A stretch of 64,000 nt of DNA from an uncultured virus (IMG/VR IMGVR_UViG_3300025411_000009). Its lineage: Duplodnaviria; Heunggongvirae; Uroviricota; Caudoviricetes. The stretch lies in the IMG/VR virus record IMGVR_UViG_3300025411_000009. The stretch is one strand, 5' to 3'. The position numbers were made by a program, and so were the translations under genes. This document shows, piece after piece, positions 38,181 through 48,782 of this stretch (position 1 is its first letter; each line of letters begins with the position of its first letter). Below the pieces are notes generated by a model. The model made no database searches and was not told where the DNA came from. It worked only from the letters and a program-made list of their open reading frames with translations.

Positions 38181-39029
38181 TTAAAACTCCTCAATTACTT
38201 CCATTAGATTTTTTAGTTTATGTTCCATAAAATAATTTATCAATTTACTTTTAGGTGCTGGTTTAATTTCATCATATGTATTTATGATACGTTCTTGGAC
38301 ATCTTTAGGTATCATTGTTAAGTCAATCAATGTTCTATTTCTAGCATAGTTGGCTTTATCAGTTTCAGAATAATCTTCCACGTTTTCATTCAAATACTTC
38401 TCCATGACTTTTTGAGTGATAGGTTTTTGTCTTAAATCACGGACAAAACAATCTGATGGAGAAAACATATTAGGAATACCATCACCCTTATCACCACGAA
38501 TAACCTTTTCTTTTAAATCAAGTATGGGGTTATCTGATTTAACATATTTCTTTTGTGATGGATTATATTGTTTAACATTTGCACCATATTGTTGTAATTG
38601 CAAGAAGTCACCATCACTTGATAATATCAATATCTTTTGATGTGGTGCAAATCTAGGTACCAAGGTACCAATGATGTCATCTGCTTCAGCACCTTCAACA
38701 TCAATCACTTTATATGGAAAGTTTGTTTTAAGTTCTTCTTTGAATTTAGATAACATATCAAAGATTAAATGCCAATCTAAATCAGATTTCTCTCTGGTCT
38801 TCTTACGACCTGCCTTGTAGAATGGAAATACTTCTTTACGCCAATACTTTCTATTATCACAGCATAATATGACTTCACCATATTCACCTTTGAAGTTCTT
38901 AACATGAGTTCTGATGATGTTTAATACCATATGCCGAATTAGATTTTCTTCTAACTTGGTATTCTTTTGATTTGCTATTTGTGCCATAAGACCTGCTAAC
39001 AGCACCTGATTTAAGTCCACGAGTATCAT
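38181..39029 (-). CDS. rnh: T4-type RNase H (5'-3' exonuclease)
   Basis: MILVDLNQ, YWRKEVFPFYKAGR, EADDIIG, SSDGDFLQL, GDKGDGIPN. Confidence 0.93.
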   Translation of the reverse strand: MILVDLNQVLLAGLMAQIANQKNTKLEENLIRHMVLNIIRTHVKNFKGEYGEVILCCDNRKYWRKEVFPFYKAGRKKTREKSDLDWHLIFDMLSKFKEELKTNFPYKVIDVEGAEADDIIGTLVPRFAPHQKILILSSDGDFLQLQQYGANVKQYNPSQKKYVKSDNPILDLKEKVIRGDKGDGIPNMFSPSDCFVRDLRQKPITQKVMEKYLNENVEDYSETDKANYARNRTLIDLTMIPKDVQERIINTYDEIKPAPKSKLINYFMEHKLKNLMEVIEEF

Positions 39030-39075
39030 AATATAATCCTATAAGATTCAATATAGCAAGGATACTATACTTTTA

Positions 39076-39498
39076 TTACTTTGTCAACCTGATTTTAGCT
39101 TTACCGGTAAGTTTCTTTCTAAACTTCTTATCTTTTCTTAAAAATTTGCCATCTTCAATTATGCGGTTACAATCTTCAATAATCTTTTCCCACCATGTTA
39201 TACACTTACGCATCTGTGTTTTGGTATAACAACTATACGCTTCTTTAATTTGTTCGTCTTCTGATACCAATGCTTCGTTCCATGCTTTAATTTGTTCTTG
39301 AGCATGATATACAATAGCTTTAGCGTGCATAGGTTTAACGCCTATGTTGTATAGGAAAGAATAATTCTTTATATCAGCCCAATCTTTGATATAATTATCA
39401 AATAGACCTTCAACTTCACCCAATAGTTCGTGGGTCTTGTTGGCAGTCCTTTCTTGTATCGTTGGACCTGAATATTCTTCTTTAATTTCTTCTGTCAT
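39076..39498 (-). CDS. Hypothetical protein
   Basis: PTIQER...EQIKEAYS pattern. Confidence 0.6.
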   Translation of the reverse strand: MTEEIKEEYSGPTIQERTANKTHELLGEVEGLFDNYIKDWADIKNYSFLYNIGVKPMHAKAIVYHAQEQIKAWNEALVSEDEQIKEAYSCYTKTQMRKCITWWEKIIEDCNRIIEDGKFLRKDKKFRKKLTGKAKIRLTK

Positions 39499-39866
39499 TC
39501 TGGTAACTCTGTTTTTTTAAGTGCTGCATACGCTTCATCAACAAATTCGTGTGATGTAGTTGATTTCTTTGCTACTACACCATACCAACCACCTGATAAT
39601 AATTTTGAAACATAATAGTATGGGTCTAATAGTATGCCTTCAAATAAATCTAAATCTTTAGTGAGGCCTTCTTTATCCTCTCTATACAATATAATTTGAT
39701 ACATTTGACCTAATTCATAGGTTTCATACACACCTGGATTATTATACATGAATCCTTCAAAATGAATAGTTGAGCTACCATCCTTTTCTTTAGGTGATGC
39801 TACAAAATAAAAGGCATCATGGTCGCCTTTTTTAAATTCTCTCAATGTTTCTGGTATATCGCTCAA
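39495..39866 (-). CDS. Hypothetical protein
   Basis: Overlapping co-oriented ORF. Confidence 0.55.
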   Translation of the reverse strand: MSDIPETLREFKKGDHDAFYFVASPKEKDGSSTIHFEGFMYNNPGVYETYELGQMYQIILYREDKEGLTKDLDLFEGILLDPYYYVSKLLSGGWYGVVAKKSTTSHEFVDEAYAALKKTELPE

Positions 39867-40272
39867 TGTAATCCTTTATATGTGATTTTCTAACTCGACA
39901 CATTATCCATGTATTATAGTAATCATCACTTAATATTACATCACGAATAAATTGTTCTTTAGTTTCCAGATAACTACATTCACCTTTTGATTTACATAGG
40001 TGAATAATCTCTCTACTAAAATTTTCAAGACCTAATTGTAACACATCTTGCTTCAATATGTCACTACTTCCATAGTAAGTTTGCCAATCGGAAAAAGCTT
40101 TATACTTTTTCTTTTTGCCTTTTACTTGTTTTGTTTTAGCAGAATAGAAGAATTTTTTACCAATGTATTTCTTATTGTTTGTTATATTTGTTATAAGATA
40201 TACAAATCCGTAATTATCTTCTATCTGCTCTTCTGTAAAGTCTTTACCTTTATATTGCCAATTTAGTCCCAT
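39832..40272 (-). CDS. GIY-YIG endonuclease
   Basis: GFVYLITNITNNKKYIGKK...YYGSS...YLE...YYN. Confidence 0.85.
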   Translation of the reverse strand: MGLNWQYKGKDFTEEQIEDNYGFVYLITNITNNKKYIGKKFFYSAKTKQVKGKKKKYKAFSDWQTYYGSSDILKQDVLQLGLENFSREIIHLCKSKGECSYLETKEQFIRDVILSDDYYNTWIMCRVRKSHIKDYIERYTRNIERI

Positions 40273-40451
40273 TGTCCGTCATCATCTTCTGTAGTTTCTT
40301 CATCTATATATTCTTCTTGAATATCTTCGATTACTTCACCACAGAATGGACAATATTCTGGTAGTTCTTTTGATACTAATTCATTTACGAATTGAATGCC
40401 GTAAGATGAATCACAGTTAAGGCATTCGCCTACTAAAGTTTTGTTTGTCAT
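40263..40451 (-). CDS. Zinc-ribbon protein
   Basis: CLNC...CPFCG, acidic tail. Confidence 0.7.
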   Translation of the reverse strand: MTNKTLVGECLNCDSSYGIQFVNELVSKELPEYCPFCGEVIEDIQEEYIDEETTEDDDGQWD

Positions 40452-40460
40452 TTGAGTTCC

Positions 40461-41444
40461 TTAATGAGCCCAAACATCACTCCAATCACCAGACAATGCG
40501 CCTTTTGCGTAATCTGTTGCTCTGTTCTCAAAGAAGTTGGTGTGCGTTGGTGCGTTAATCATCTCCTCTACCCATGGTAAAGGATTCCTTTTCACTTTAA
40601 ACACACCTTTTAAACCTAATGAGATTAATCGGCGGTCTGCTATATAACGAATATACTTCTTAACATCTTCTGATGTTAATTCTTCCATTTGACCCATATC
40701 AAATGCTAGGTCAATAAACTTATCTTCAAGTTCAACCATTCTTTCAGCAATGGTGTAAATTCTGCTCTTTAAATCGTCTGTCCATATTTCACGATTTTCT
40801 TCTATATATGTTCTGAATAATTTAATCATGGATTCACAATGTTGTGTTTCATCTACAATAGACCATGTAACAATTTGGCCCATGCCTTTCATTTTACCAT
40901 GACGTGGAAAGTTCAATAGCATAATGAATGATGAAAACAATTGCATACCTTCTGTAAATGCTGAAAACACAGCAATATGTGTTGCGGTATTTTCTTTTGT
41001 GGTATTCTGTGCTGATATATCTAAAACATAATCATGTTTCTCTTTCATTTCAGCATATTCTAAAAATTCATTGTATGTTGTTTCAGGTAAACCTAAAGTT
41101 TCAATCAGATGTGAGTAAGCTGCAACATGAAGTGCTTCACGAGCTGCAAAGCCCATCAACATCATTCTAACTTCTGGTTGTGGAAAGTATGGCAAATAAT
41201 TCTTAACATAGCCACCTGCAACATCAATGTCACCTTGTGTAAAGAATCTAAAAATATGTGTTAAGAATTGTTTTTCTTCGTTTGTTAATTTCTTTTTCCA
41301 GTCTTTCACGTCTTCCATCATTGGTACTTCTGTATGTAACCAATGTGATTGTTCGTGCTTTAACCATGCGTCATAAGCCCATGGATAATTGAAAGGCTTA
41401 AAATATGTTCTATTTGATGCTAAATCTTTTACTTTGCTATCCAT
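40461..41444 (-). CDS. nrdB: Ribonucleotide reductase class Ia beta subunit
   Basis: FFTQGDIDV, REALHVAAYS, EGMQLFSSF, DETQH, NFFENRATDY. Confidence 0.96.
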   Translation of the reverse strand: MDSKVKDLASNRTYFKPFNYPWAYDAWLKHEQSHWLHTEVPMMEDVKDWKKKLTNEEKQFLTHIFRFFTQGDIDVAGGYVKNYLPYFPQPEVRMMLMGFAAREALHVAAYSHLIETLGLPETTYNEFLEYAEMKEKHDYVLDISAQNTTKENTATHIAVFSAFTEGMQLFSSFIMLLNFPRHGKMKGMGQIVTWSIVDETQHCESMIKLFRTYIEENREIWTDDLKSRIYTIAERMVELEDKFIDLAFDMGQMEELTSEDVKKYIRYIADRRLISLGLKGVFKVKRNPLPWVEEMINAPTHTNFFENRATDYAKGALSGDWSDVWAH

Positions 41445-42196
41445 TAAATTTCCTTTTGCCAAAAAACTATTTCCCATTTACCATCTAAATGTTCAACAAG
41501 TGCTGAACAGCTCTCGACCCAATCACCATCGTTCATGTATACCATATCATTAACTCTTTTAATTTCTGGTTTATGAATATGACCACAAATAACGCCATCA
41601 AATCCTCTTTTCTTGCAATACTGTGCTAAGTTATCTTCAAAATGAAACATAAAGTCCATTGATTTCTTAACTTTATGTTTTAAATACTGACTCAAAGACC
41701 AATAACCAAATCCTAATTTATGTCTAAACCAATTGAATTTATTATTAAGGTCTAATACAAAATCATAGGCTTTATCACCAAGAAAACAAATCCAAGGTGC
41801 TAGTCTTGTAATACCATCAAACATATCACCATGTATAACCAAATAGTGTTTACCGTCAATACCAATGTGTTCTGCTTGATTTACTATATCAATTACACCA
41901 AAGTTTAGACCGTATGGAATCATTGGTCGTAAAAACTCATCATGATTTCCTGTTATGTATGTAACCTTTGTTCCTCTTTTAGCATGACCTAATATTCTAC
42001 GAACAACATTAGAATGGCTTTGTTTCCATCTCCATTTATTCTGTTGTATCTTCCATGCATCAATAATATCACCTATAAGATATAGGTTATCGCATGTGTG
42101 GTGTTTTAGGAAGTTATTAACATATTCGGCTTTACAATCTTTTGTACCTAAATGTATATCAGAAATGAATATGCTTTTGTAATGTTTTTTTTTCAT
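41444..42196 (-). CDS. LpxH-like (UDP-2,3-diacylglucosamine hydrolase family) metallophosphoesterase
   Basis: ISDIHLG, GDIID, GNHD, HGDMFD, CGHIH, NDGDWVES. Confidence 0.8.
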   Translation of the reverse strand: MKKKHYKSIFISDIHLGTKDCKAEYVNNFLKHHTCDNLYLIGDIIDAWKIQQNKWRWKQSHSNVVRRILGHAKRGTKVTYITGNHDEFLRPMIPYGLNFGVIDIVNQAEHIGIDGKHYLVIHGDMFDGITRLAPWICFLGDKAYDFVLDLNNKFNWFRHKLGFGYWSLSQYLKHKVKKSMDFMFHFEDNLAQYCKKRGFDGVICGHIHKPEIKRVNDMVYMNDGDWVESCSALVEHLDGKWEIVFWQKEI

Positions 42197-42423
42197 TTAA
42201 AAAACCAAATATATGTTGCTATTATGTTTACTATAAAGAAATAAGAATTCTGTAATAATAAAGGAAGATTCTTGTGTGTTCTTGCAAAGTCATACACTAA
42301 TATTCCATGAGCAATAACAAAACCAGGAAAAGACCATTTCAACCATGGCATTTTTAATGCTACTGATGTTCCTGCTATGATGAATATTGTTAATGCTATC
42401 CATTTAATATCAAATTTTTTCAT
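42193..42423 (-). CDS. Small multi-pass membrane protein
   Basis: Three hydrophobic segments. Confidence 0.6.
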   Translation of the reverse strand: MKKFDIKWIALTIFIIAGTSVALKMPWLKWSFPGFVIAHGILVYDFARTHKNLPLLLQNSYFFIVNIIATYIWFFK

Positions 42424-42511
42424 TACCAGTGCCACCATATATTCACAATAATATGAATACAGGTTATCATCTCAACTGCTCTCATAATCCACCATACATA
42501 TTTGTTATTCA

Positions 42512-44302
42512 TTAACCTTCACAAGCTATACAATCATTTCCTTGAGCGATTTGCGTCATATCAATTTCTTTAATAACTTGTCTTTCAATTCGTTTAGATA
42601 CTTTATCTGCTTTACCAATCTTTTCTGAACGGCAATAGTATAAAGTCTTTAATCCTTTTTTCCATGCCATGAAATGTATAGCATGAACATATTTAATGTT
42701 AGCATCAGGTCTAAAGAATAAGTTTAGTGATTGAGCTTGGTCAATATATTGTTGTCTATCAGCAGCTAATTCAATAACCCAGCGTTGGTCAATTTCCATT
42801 GCTGTCTTGAATACTGCTTTATCATTCTCCGACATCCATTCTAAATGTTGGACTGAACCATCATTAGCAATAATAGATGACCATGTGTCATCATACCAAT
42901 TTTCTGGTTTATCTTTTGATACTCTGATGAGTAATTCATCTAACCAACGGTTCTTATTTAAGAATGAACCGCTTAAAGTATCTTGTCTATATGCATTAGC
43001 ACGATAAGGCTCAATACTAGGGCTAGTGTTACCCATAATGATTGAACTACTAGCGTTAGGAGCAATAGCCATAAGATGACTAAAGCGGTTACCCGTACCT
43101 TCGGCGTCAGGTGCTTCTCCACGTTCTTTACCCAATTTTTTATTTGCATTATCTAATCCTTCTCTGATATGTTTGAAGATCCTATTGTTAGCAACTTTCG
43201 CCATAACGCCCTCAAAAGCAATACCATTGCGCTGTAAATAAGCATGCCATCCAAGAGCACCAATACCAATACTTCTCTCTCGCTGAGCGGAGTATCTAGC
43301 ACGACTAATAGTGTCAGGAGCGTTATCAATAAAATATGTAAGAACATTATCCAACATTTCAGCAACGTCATGCAAGAAATTGGCATCTTTATTCCACTCA
43401 TCATAGGTCTCCAAATTAAGTGATGATAAACAACATACAGCTGTTCGTTGTTCATTTGTTGGTAATATGATTTCAGAGCAAAGATTTGATTGGTGGACTT
43501 TTAATCCTTTATCTTTTAACCATTGAGGTAAATGTTCATTACTGGTGTCAATATAGTGAATGTATGGTTCACCTGTGTGCATCCGTAATTCAATAATCAT
43601 TTGCCACAGCATCTTTGCTGAAACTACTTCTCTGACTTCACCTGAATGTGGATCTTTTAATTCCCAAGAATCATCTACATTAGGGTCTAACATTGACTTT
43701 TCAACAAGAGTCATGAAGTCATTGGTAATATTTATTCCATGGTGAAGATTCAAACATCTTACGTTTGGATCACCTGTAGGTTTTCTCATCTCCAAGAACG
43801 GAATGATATCAGGATGAGATATGTTTAGATAGGCAGCATAAGAACCTCTTCGTGTTCTTCCTTGACGATAGGCTAGTGAGGACGCATCATAGATTTTAAG
43901 ATGAGGCATAACACCAGTTGATTTATCATCAGCAGAGCGAATACCAAAACCGATACCAACACCGCCACCATACATTGATAACCAATTTGTTTCAGATAGA
44001 TTATCTACTAGACCTTGTGATGTATCTTCAATATAATTTAAGAAACATGAAATTGGCATTCCTTTTTTAGAACGACCAAAAGATAAAATAGGAGTAGCAT
44101 ATGATAACCAATGCTTTGAAGCATAATCATATAATCTTTGTGCGTGTTCTGGATTTGATGCAAATGATTTAGATACAAATGCGAATCTGTGTTGTGGAGA
44201 TTCTTCATCTTCTCTCATGTATGATTCTTTTAATCTTTTTATTCCCAACTCATCAAATAATTTATCTCGTTGTAAATCAATTTCAATTCCTAGATAGTTC
44301 AT
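42512..44302 (-). CDS. nrdA: Ribonucleotide reductase class Ia alpha subunit
   Basis: PISCF, SNLCSEI, VCCLSS, IAPNASSS, IDQAQSLN, KTLYY, CIACEG. Confidence 0.97.
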   Translation of the reverse strand: MNYLGIEIDLQRDKLFDELGIKRLKESYMREDEESPQHRFAFVSKSFASNPEHAQRLYDYASKHWLSYATPILSFGRSKKGMPISCFLNYIEDTSQGLVDNLSETNWLSMYGGGVGIGFGIRSADDKSTGVMPHLKIYDASSLAYRQGRTRRGSYAAYLNISHPDIIPFLEMRKPTGDPNVRCLNLHHGINITNDFMTLVEKSMLDPNVDDSWELKDPHSGEVREVVSAKMLWQMIIELRMHTGEPYIHYIDTSNEHLPQWLKDKGLKVHQSNLCSEIILPTNEQRTAVCCLSSLNLETYDEWNKDANFLHDVAEMLDNVLTYFIDNAPDTISRARYSAQRERSIGIGALGWHAYLQRNGIAFEGVMAKVANNRIFKHIREGLDNANKKLGKERGEAPDAEGTGNRFSHLMAIAPNASSSIIMGNTSPSIEPYRANAYRQDTLSGSFLNKNRWLDELLIRVSKDKPENWYDDTWSSIIANDGSVQHLEWMSENDKAVFKTAMEIDQRWVIELAADRQQYIDQAQSLNLFFRPDANIKYVHAIHFMAWKKGLKTLYYCRSEKIGKADKVSKRIERQVIKEIDMTQIAQGNDCIACEG

Positions 44303-44784
44303 GTATTCGCCTTTTCTCCGTATTTCCAAATTTCGTTTTTGTATTCTTCTGACCAGTAATCGTAATATTTTGTTTTCTTTAAACTCTCACGAGCACTTAA
44401 TAATTTATCTCTTGATTGGGCAAGTATTATTGGATAATGACCATTACCTGTGTTTACTCCATTAATAAAACCAGGATCTGCTGGATGGTCTTTTAAAAAG
44501 ATTAAGTCATCTCTTTTTGCCTGTAGCTTACTTATTAAATCTAATAGCTCATCATTCGTGAATTTATTAATCGTATTAACAAAAATAATTAGCTCAAAAT
44601 CATAAATAGAATTAAAAGTTTTTATGTATGAGAGTATATATGATTCCGGTTCTTCATTAAACTCGGTTACAAAAACTTTTTTATCTTGAAATGCTTTTTT
44701 AGCAAATGGACATATTTGAAATCCACCAAGTTCATCTCTTTTCTCGGAGATTCTTTTTATCCAATTAGCTAGTTCTTTTTCCAA
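44299..44784 (-). CDS. Conserved hypothetical protein
   Basis: LGGFQICPFAKKA...DHP...KTKYYDYW. Confidence 0.65.
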   Translation of the reverse strand: MEKELANWIKRISEKRDELGGFQICPFAKKAFQDKKVFVTEFNEEPESYILSYIKTFNSIYDFELIIFVNTINKFTNDELLDLISKLQAKRDDLIFLKDHPADPGFINGVNTGNGHYPIILAQSRDKLLSARESLKKTKYYDYWSEEYKNEIWKYGEKANT

Positions 44785-45782
44785 TTTACAAACTCCATTT
44801 TTGCTCGTAGGTTTTGGAAAGTATTGTCTTTAATAATATCTAGCAATTCATCTTGTGTAAATCCAGATTTGATAATATCATTAACATCTTTTTCTGTTAT
44901 ATATTTTGGCCAAATAACGACATTGAAATGCTCGTCAATTGATTTCTCCATCTTCTTTACAATTTCTTTATTTCTTGGTTCATTATCATATATCAATACG
45001 ACTTTACTCTTGTCAAATGTGTCCAAAATTGATTCCAGATTAGAATCCGCAGTTGCTACACAGTTGTCTATAAACAATGAATCAATTGGACCTTCTACAA
45101 CATAGATTGGTAGTAAATCATTAATTACTCTATCAAGACCATACACCTTTTTATTATTATCTTGAAGTTTACAAGTAATATATCTTAATTTAGATTCACC
45201 TAATGCTCTTCCTTGGAAAGCAATTAGATTTTTATCTTTATCATAAAATGGAATGACCAATCGTTTATCATTATCAATTAAATCTTTTTCTAAACCCAAA
45301 TCTTTTACAAATGATTTAAAGTCTTCCGCATAATATAGTTGTGTGTGAAAGTGTTTTGGTATTTGTCTGCCAATAACATATTTTTTGGCAAAATGTTCAT
45401 CTGGTAATGAATCGATGGATGGTAAATTGATTGATTTTTTAAATGTTGGTGTTGCCGTTTTGAATTCTTCAAATTGTGGTTTTGGATAATTGTTGTTGCC
45501 TGTTTCTCCATTTTTATATCTTTCCATTGTGTATTCAGCAACAAGAGATGGATCAACTTGCTTTAGAAAATTGTAGAATGTGGTACTAACACCACAATTA
45601 TGGCACATATAGAAATAATCATTCTTCTTTCTAAACACATAGCCACGAGATTTAGTTTTGTTTTTTGTAGAATCGCCACATAGAGGACATCTGAAATTAT
45701 AAAGGTCGTCCTTCTTTTTGGTAAACCTTATTAATTTTGGCGATGCACGAAGCAGGAATTGTCTGTCAATAAAAATACTCAT
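44769..45782 (-). CDS. gp61: DNA primase gp61
   Basis: CPLCGDS...CHNCG zinc finger, QGRAL, VEGPIDSLF, DNEPRN, KDVND; promoter at 45792-45820. Confidence 0.95.
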   Translation of the reverse strand: MSIFIDRQFLLRASPKLIRFTKKKDDLYNFRCPLCGDSTKNKTKSRGYVFRKKNDYFYMCHNCGVSTTFYNFLKQVDPSLVAEYTMERYKNGETGNNNYPKPQFEEFKTATPTFKKSINLPSIDSLPDEHFAKKYVIGRQIPKHFHTQLYYAEDFKSFVKDLGLEKDLIDNDKRLVIPFYDKDKNLIAFQGRALGESKLRYITCKLQDNNKKVYGLDRVINDLLPIYVVEGPIDSLFIDNCVATADSNLESILDTFDKSKVVLIYDNEPRNKEIVKKMEKSIDEHFNVVIWPKYITEKDVNDIIKSGFTQDELLDIIKDNTFQNLRAKMEFVNWKKN

Positions 45783-45821
45783 AATGTAAGGATAATACTA
45801 TAAAACTACTTGGATGTCAAG

Positions 45822-46241
45822 TTATTTTGAAATTTGTGATAGAATTTCTAATCCGTGAGATAATAACCATGATACTACAATGATACCACCAACAATCATC
45901 CATTTCCATTGTAGAAGTTTGTCTAATTGTTCTTTTTCTTTAGATTGATGGTCTTGAATACATTTACGAAGCCCTTTAATTTCTTCCATGATTCTTAATT
46001 CTGTATTTTGTACCTTATCAAGAACAGTATCAATTCTATCATGAATTTCTTTTACATCGGCTTCTGTTTCTAATCTTCTATGTTCCATGTCGGTATAAAC
46101 CTTTGCGATATGTCTGTCGTGTTGTTCGTTTAATCTCGAAATCACGGTATCCATCTTGGAACAAAGTTGAGTAAGTGTGCTTACTTGTTCTTTCAGCACA
46201 CCTACATCTATTTTAGTACCAAGTAAATCGTTGTTATCCAT
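45822..46241 (-). CDS. Coiled-coil protein with C-terminal TM (lysis module)
   Basis: Heptads then WKWMIVGGIIVVSWLL. Confidence 0.6.
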   Translation of the reverse strand: MDNNDLLGTKIDVGVLKEQVSTLTQLCSKMDTVISRLNEQHDRHIAKVYTDMEHRRLETEADVKEIHDRIDTVLDKVQNTELRIMEEIKGLRKCIQDHQSKEKEQLDKLLQWKWMIVGGIIVVSWLLSHGLEILSQISK

Positions 46242-46519
46242 TATTTTTCTGGATCAGGTTCTGCATCTGGTACTGCATCAGGTTCTGGTGCTTCTGGTTC
46301 AGTATCTTTTTTCGCCCATACAGCTGCACCATGAGCACCAGCTAACATACCGATTGCTTGTGCAAAATCTTTTAGACCAAATAGATTTGATGTGTAAGCG
46401 TTATAACCTGCACCAACAATAACAACCAATGTTGTTAATAACCAAGACCAACGAGCAATATCGTGTGTCTTATTGTCTTTACCTGTAACCAAATGTGTAA
46501 TAAAATCTGGCATTGCCAT
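46241..46519 (-). CDS. Putative holin
   Basis: Two hydrophobic segments, charged tail, adjacent to endolysin. Confidence 0.55.
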   Translation of the reverse strand: MAMPDFITHLVTGKDNKTHDIARWSWLLTTLVVIVGAGYNAYTSNLFGLKDFAQAIGMLAGAHGAAVWAKKDTEPEAPEPDAVPDAEPDPEK

Positions 46520-46520
46520 A

Positions 46521-47129
46521 TTAACCTCCTAATATATTCAAAGCATGTTGATAGTTTGTTCGTCTTTCTTCTAATCCTAAAGTACCACCATTGATAACTT
46601 TTGATATTTTATCAATGTCACCGGTATCAGCTAAAGCATTTAAATTGTGTGTCTTCCAAAACCAGCAAGCCGATTCTGTAGCACCATCAAATGTCAATAA
46701 GTATTCTGGTAATTCTTCAATATCTTTACCTATTGATTCAGCAAATTTTTCATAATTAACTTTGCCTGTAATTTGAATTAAACCTTTACCTGCAAATTTC
46801 CAACCATCACCACTAGATTCGTCACCATTACCCATACGACCAGCGTAAGCACGATTAGCAATCTTTTCTTGATTGTGTTCGTATTGTTTAGCAATATCTA
46901 ATGTAGCAAAATGTGAAGGCCACACTTTAACTAATGATTCTGCTTTGTAATTTAAATTCTCTTTAATTCTTGTAAAATTAGCAGATTCAACTGAACATTC
47001 ACCAATAAAGGCTGCAATTCTTTTATTTGTATTAATTCCGTATTGTGGTAAAAATTTGTTGAGTGATTCAAACCATCCATCAACTGAAGTATTTCCCACT
47101 AGTATTTTTTTTAATTGCTCAAGTGTCAT
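46521..47129 (-). CDS. GH19 endolysin
   Basis: RIAAFIG...VES...ENLNY...GDGWKFAGKGLIQITGKVNY...INGGTLGLEER. Confidence 0.9.
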   Translation of the reverse strand: MTLEQLKKILVGNTSVDGWFESLNKFLPQYGINTNKRIAAFIGECSVESANFTRIKENLNYKAESLVKVWPSHFATLDIAKQYEHNQEKIANRAYAGRMGNGDESSGDGWKFAGKGLIQITGKVNYEKFAESIGKDIEELPEYLLTFDGATESACWFWKTHNLNALADTGDIDKISKVINGGTLGLEERRTNYQHALNILGG

Positions 47130-47710
47130 TAGTGTAATTTCCTTTGTTCATCTACCCAATATTGTAAAGCTTTTAATTGTTCTGCTATTTGATTATATAA
47201 ACTATAATTTTCTACTACTGTTTGTTCTGCTGTAGAGAGTGCAACTCCGGAGGAGGTACCATCAATTCTTTTGGAGGTGTCGGGAACGGTGCCTTTAGCA
47301 GCGCTGTCGTGCAACTCGACAAAAGACTTAGGCAAATCACACATAGTATCGTCTTTGGTATTAATAGTTTTTTTAAGTGCTTCATTTTTAGCTCTCACAT
47401 CATTAAGTTGTCTAGTAAAATCTTGTTGTACCTTATTAGTTACATCTTTTTGTTCAGCTACAGTTTTCTTCAATTCTTCTTCAGCATGAACAATTGCATC
47501 TTGGCGTCCTTTTATATAGATACCGTGAGCAAGAATCACAATAGTGATTATTCTTAAAGGCAACCTATAACCGTAAGGAATAAGTTGCAACATTTCAAAA
47601 GTCATTTCTAGAATAGCTAGAAAGACACCAAAACAAATAATTGCTATAGGAACCCAAGTAGGTATGTAACCTAATATCCAATTATATGATAGAAACTCAG
47701 GAAAGAACAT
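47129..47710 (-). CDS. Putative spanin (Rz-like)
   Basis: N-terminal TM segments, coiled coil, next to endolysin. Confidence 0.55.
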   Translation of the reverse strand: MFFPEFLSYNWILGYIPTWVPIAIICFGVFLAILEMTFEMLQLIPYGYRLPLRIITIVILAHGIYIKGRQDAIVHAEEELKKTVAEQKDVTNKVQQDFTRQLNDVRAKNEALKKTINTKDDTMCDLPKSFVELHDSAAKGTVPDTSKRIDGTSSGVALSTAEQTVVENYSLYNQIAEQLKALQYWVDEQRKLH

Positions 47711-47712
47711 AA

Positions 47713-47904
47713 TTATTTCCTTCTACCAATACCCATCATAACTGGATTATGTGTATTTCTTTTCCTTTTTCTTAAATCAACGCCAGGTTCTCCGCCTTTA
47801 CCGCCTGTACCTGCAATTGCACCACCGCCAACTACATTAGTTGGACCAGCACTACCTACAGCACCTGCACCCATTTCTTTGATATATTCTTTAAATGATT
47901 TCAT
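47713..47904 (-). CDS. Small probable internal head protein
   Basis: MKSFKEYIKE leader resembles the T4 IP capsid-targeting sequence. Confidence 0.6.
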   Translation of the reverse strand: MKSFKEYIKEMGAGAVGSAGPTNVVGGGAIAGTGGKGGEPGVDLRKRKRNTHNPVMMGIGRRK

Positions 47905-48287
47905 AGATTCCTTAATTTTTCAGCAACAGTCATGTCTACAGGTATTTCAGATGTATTAATTGATTTGCCATTAATACCTTCTATTAAGTCTGGTAATATA
48001 TTTACATACAATAAAAATGTTTTCAATATATCATAATCTCGTTCATCTATCTTGTAGAATAATATTCTTGCGGTCACTTTTGGACCAAAAACATTATTCA
48101 ACAAAATAATATGATTTAGAATTAATCGTTCTTTAAGAGATTTATTGGTTTTATATCTACGAAATAATCGTTTAAGATATTTTGTTCTCTTAATATCTCC
48201 TTCAAATTCTGACATAATGTAATTAGGTGCATTATAGCACTTCATAGCATATATCAAAAAGTTTTCTTCTGTCAAATTATCAATCAT
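47901..48287 (-). CDS. Conserved T4-like hypothetical protein
   Basis: LTEENFLIYAMKCY...LKERLILNHIILLNNVFG. Confidence 0.75.
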   Translation of the reverse strand: MIDNLTEENFLIYAMKCYNAPNYIMSEFEGDIKRTKYLKRLFRRYKTNKSLKERLILNHIILLNNVFGPKVTARILFYKIDERDYDILKTFLLYVNILPDLIEGINGKSINTSEIPVDMTVAEKLRNL

Positions 48288-48299
48288 AATATAATTTAA

Positions 48300-48782
48300 C
48301 TATTTTCTATAATCTAATTCGCTTTTAGGTCCTAAAACGTCAATGTCATCATCATCTTCGTCATCAGCTTCAAGCATATTTTCTAATTCATCACCGTTTA
48401 CAATAACAGCATAAGCTTCATATAAACCAGATTCAACAACTTCATAACTATAATACAAATAATATTCTTCTTCATAAGGCAATTGTGGTGCAGATTCCTT
48501 ACCCGAAAGGTCTGCACCAAATTGTGTTATAGCAACAACTTCTTCGCCTTCTATATCATTTTTAAATATTACCTTAGGTAATGTAATGTTATAGAGTGTT
48601 AATACTTTTCCAACTTTTAACCAGCCAGCATAAGGATTAATAAAATTAGTAACTAATTCAGATGATAGGTTTCTATTGATTTCGTTGCGAGTAGATTCCT
48701 TATCAAGGTCTACTTTCTCTTTATCAAGAGTTATTACAGGAAAATTTAATTCCTCAACAACGAAATCATGAAACTTAATCAT
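48300..48782 (-). CDS. Hypothetical protein, possible internal protein
   Basis: MIKFHDFVVEE leader. Confidence 0.55.
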   Translation of the reverse strand: MIKFHDFVVEELNFPVITLDKEKVDLDKESTRNEINRNLSSELVTNFINPYAGWLKVGKVLTLYNITLPKVIFKNDIEGEEVVAITQFGADLSGKESAPQLPYEEEYYLYYSYEVVESGLYEAYAVIVNGDELENMLEADDEDDDDIDVLGPKSELDYRK

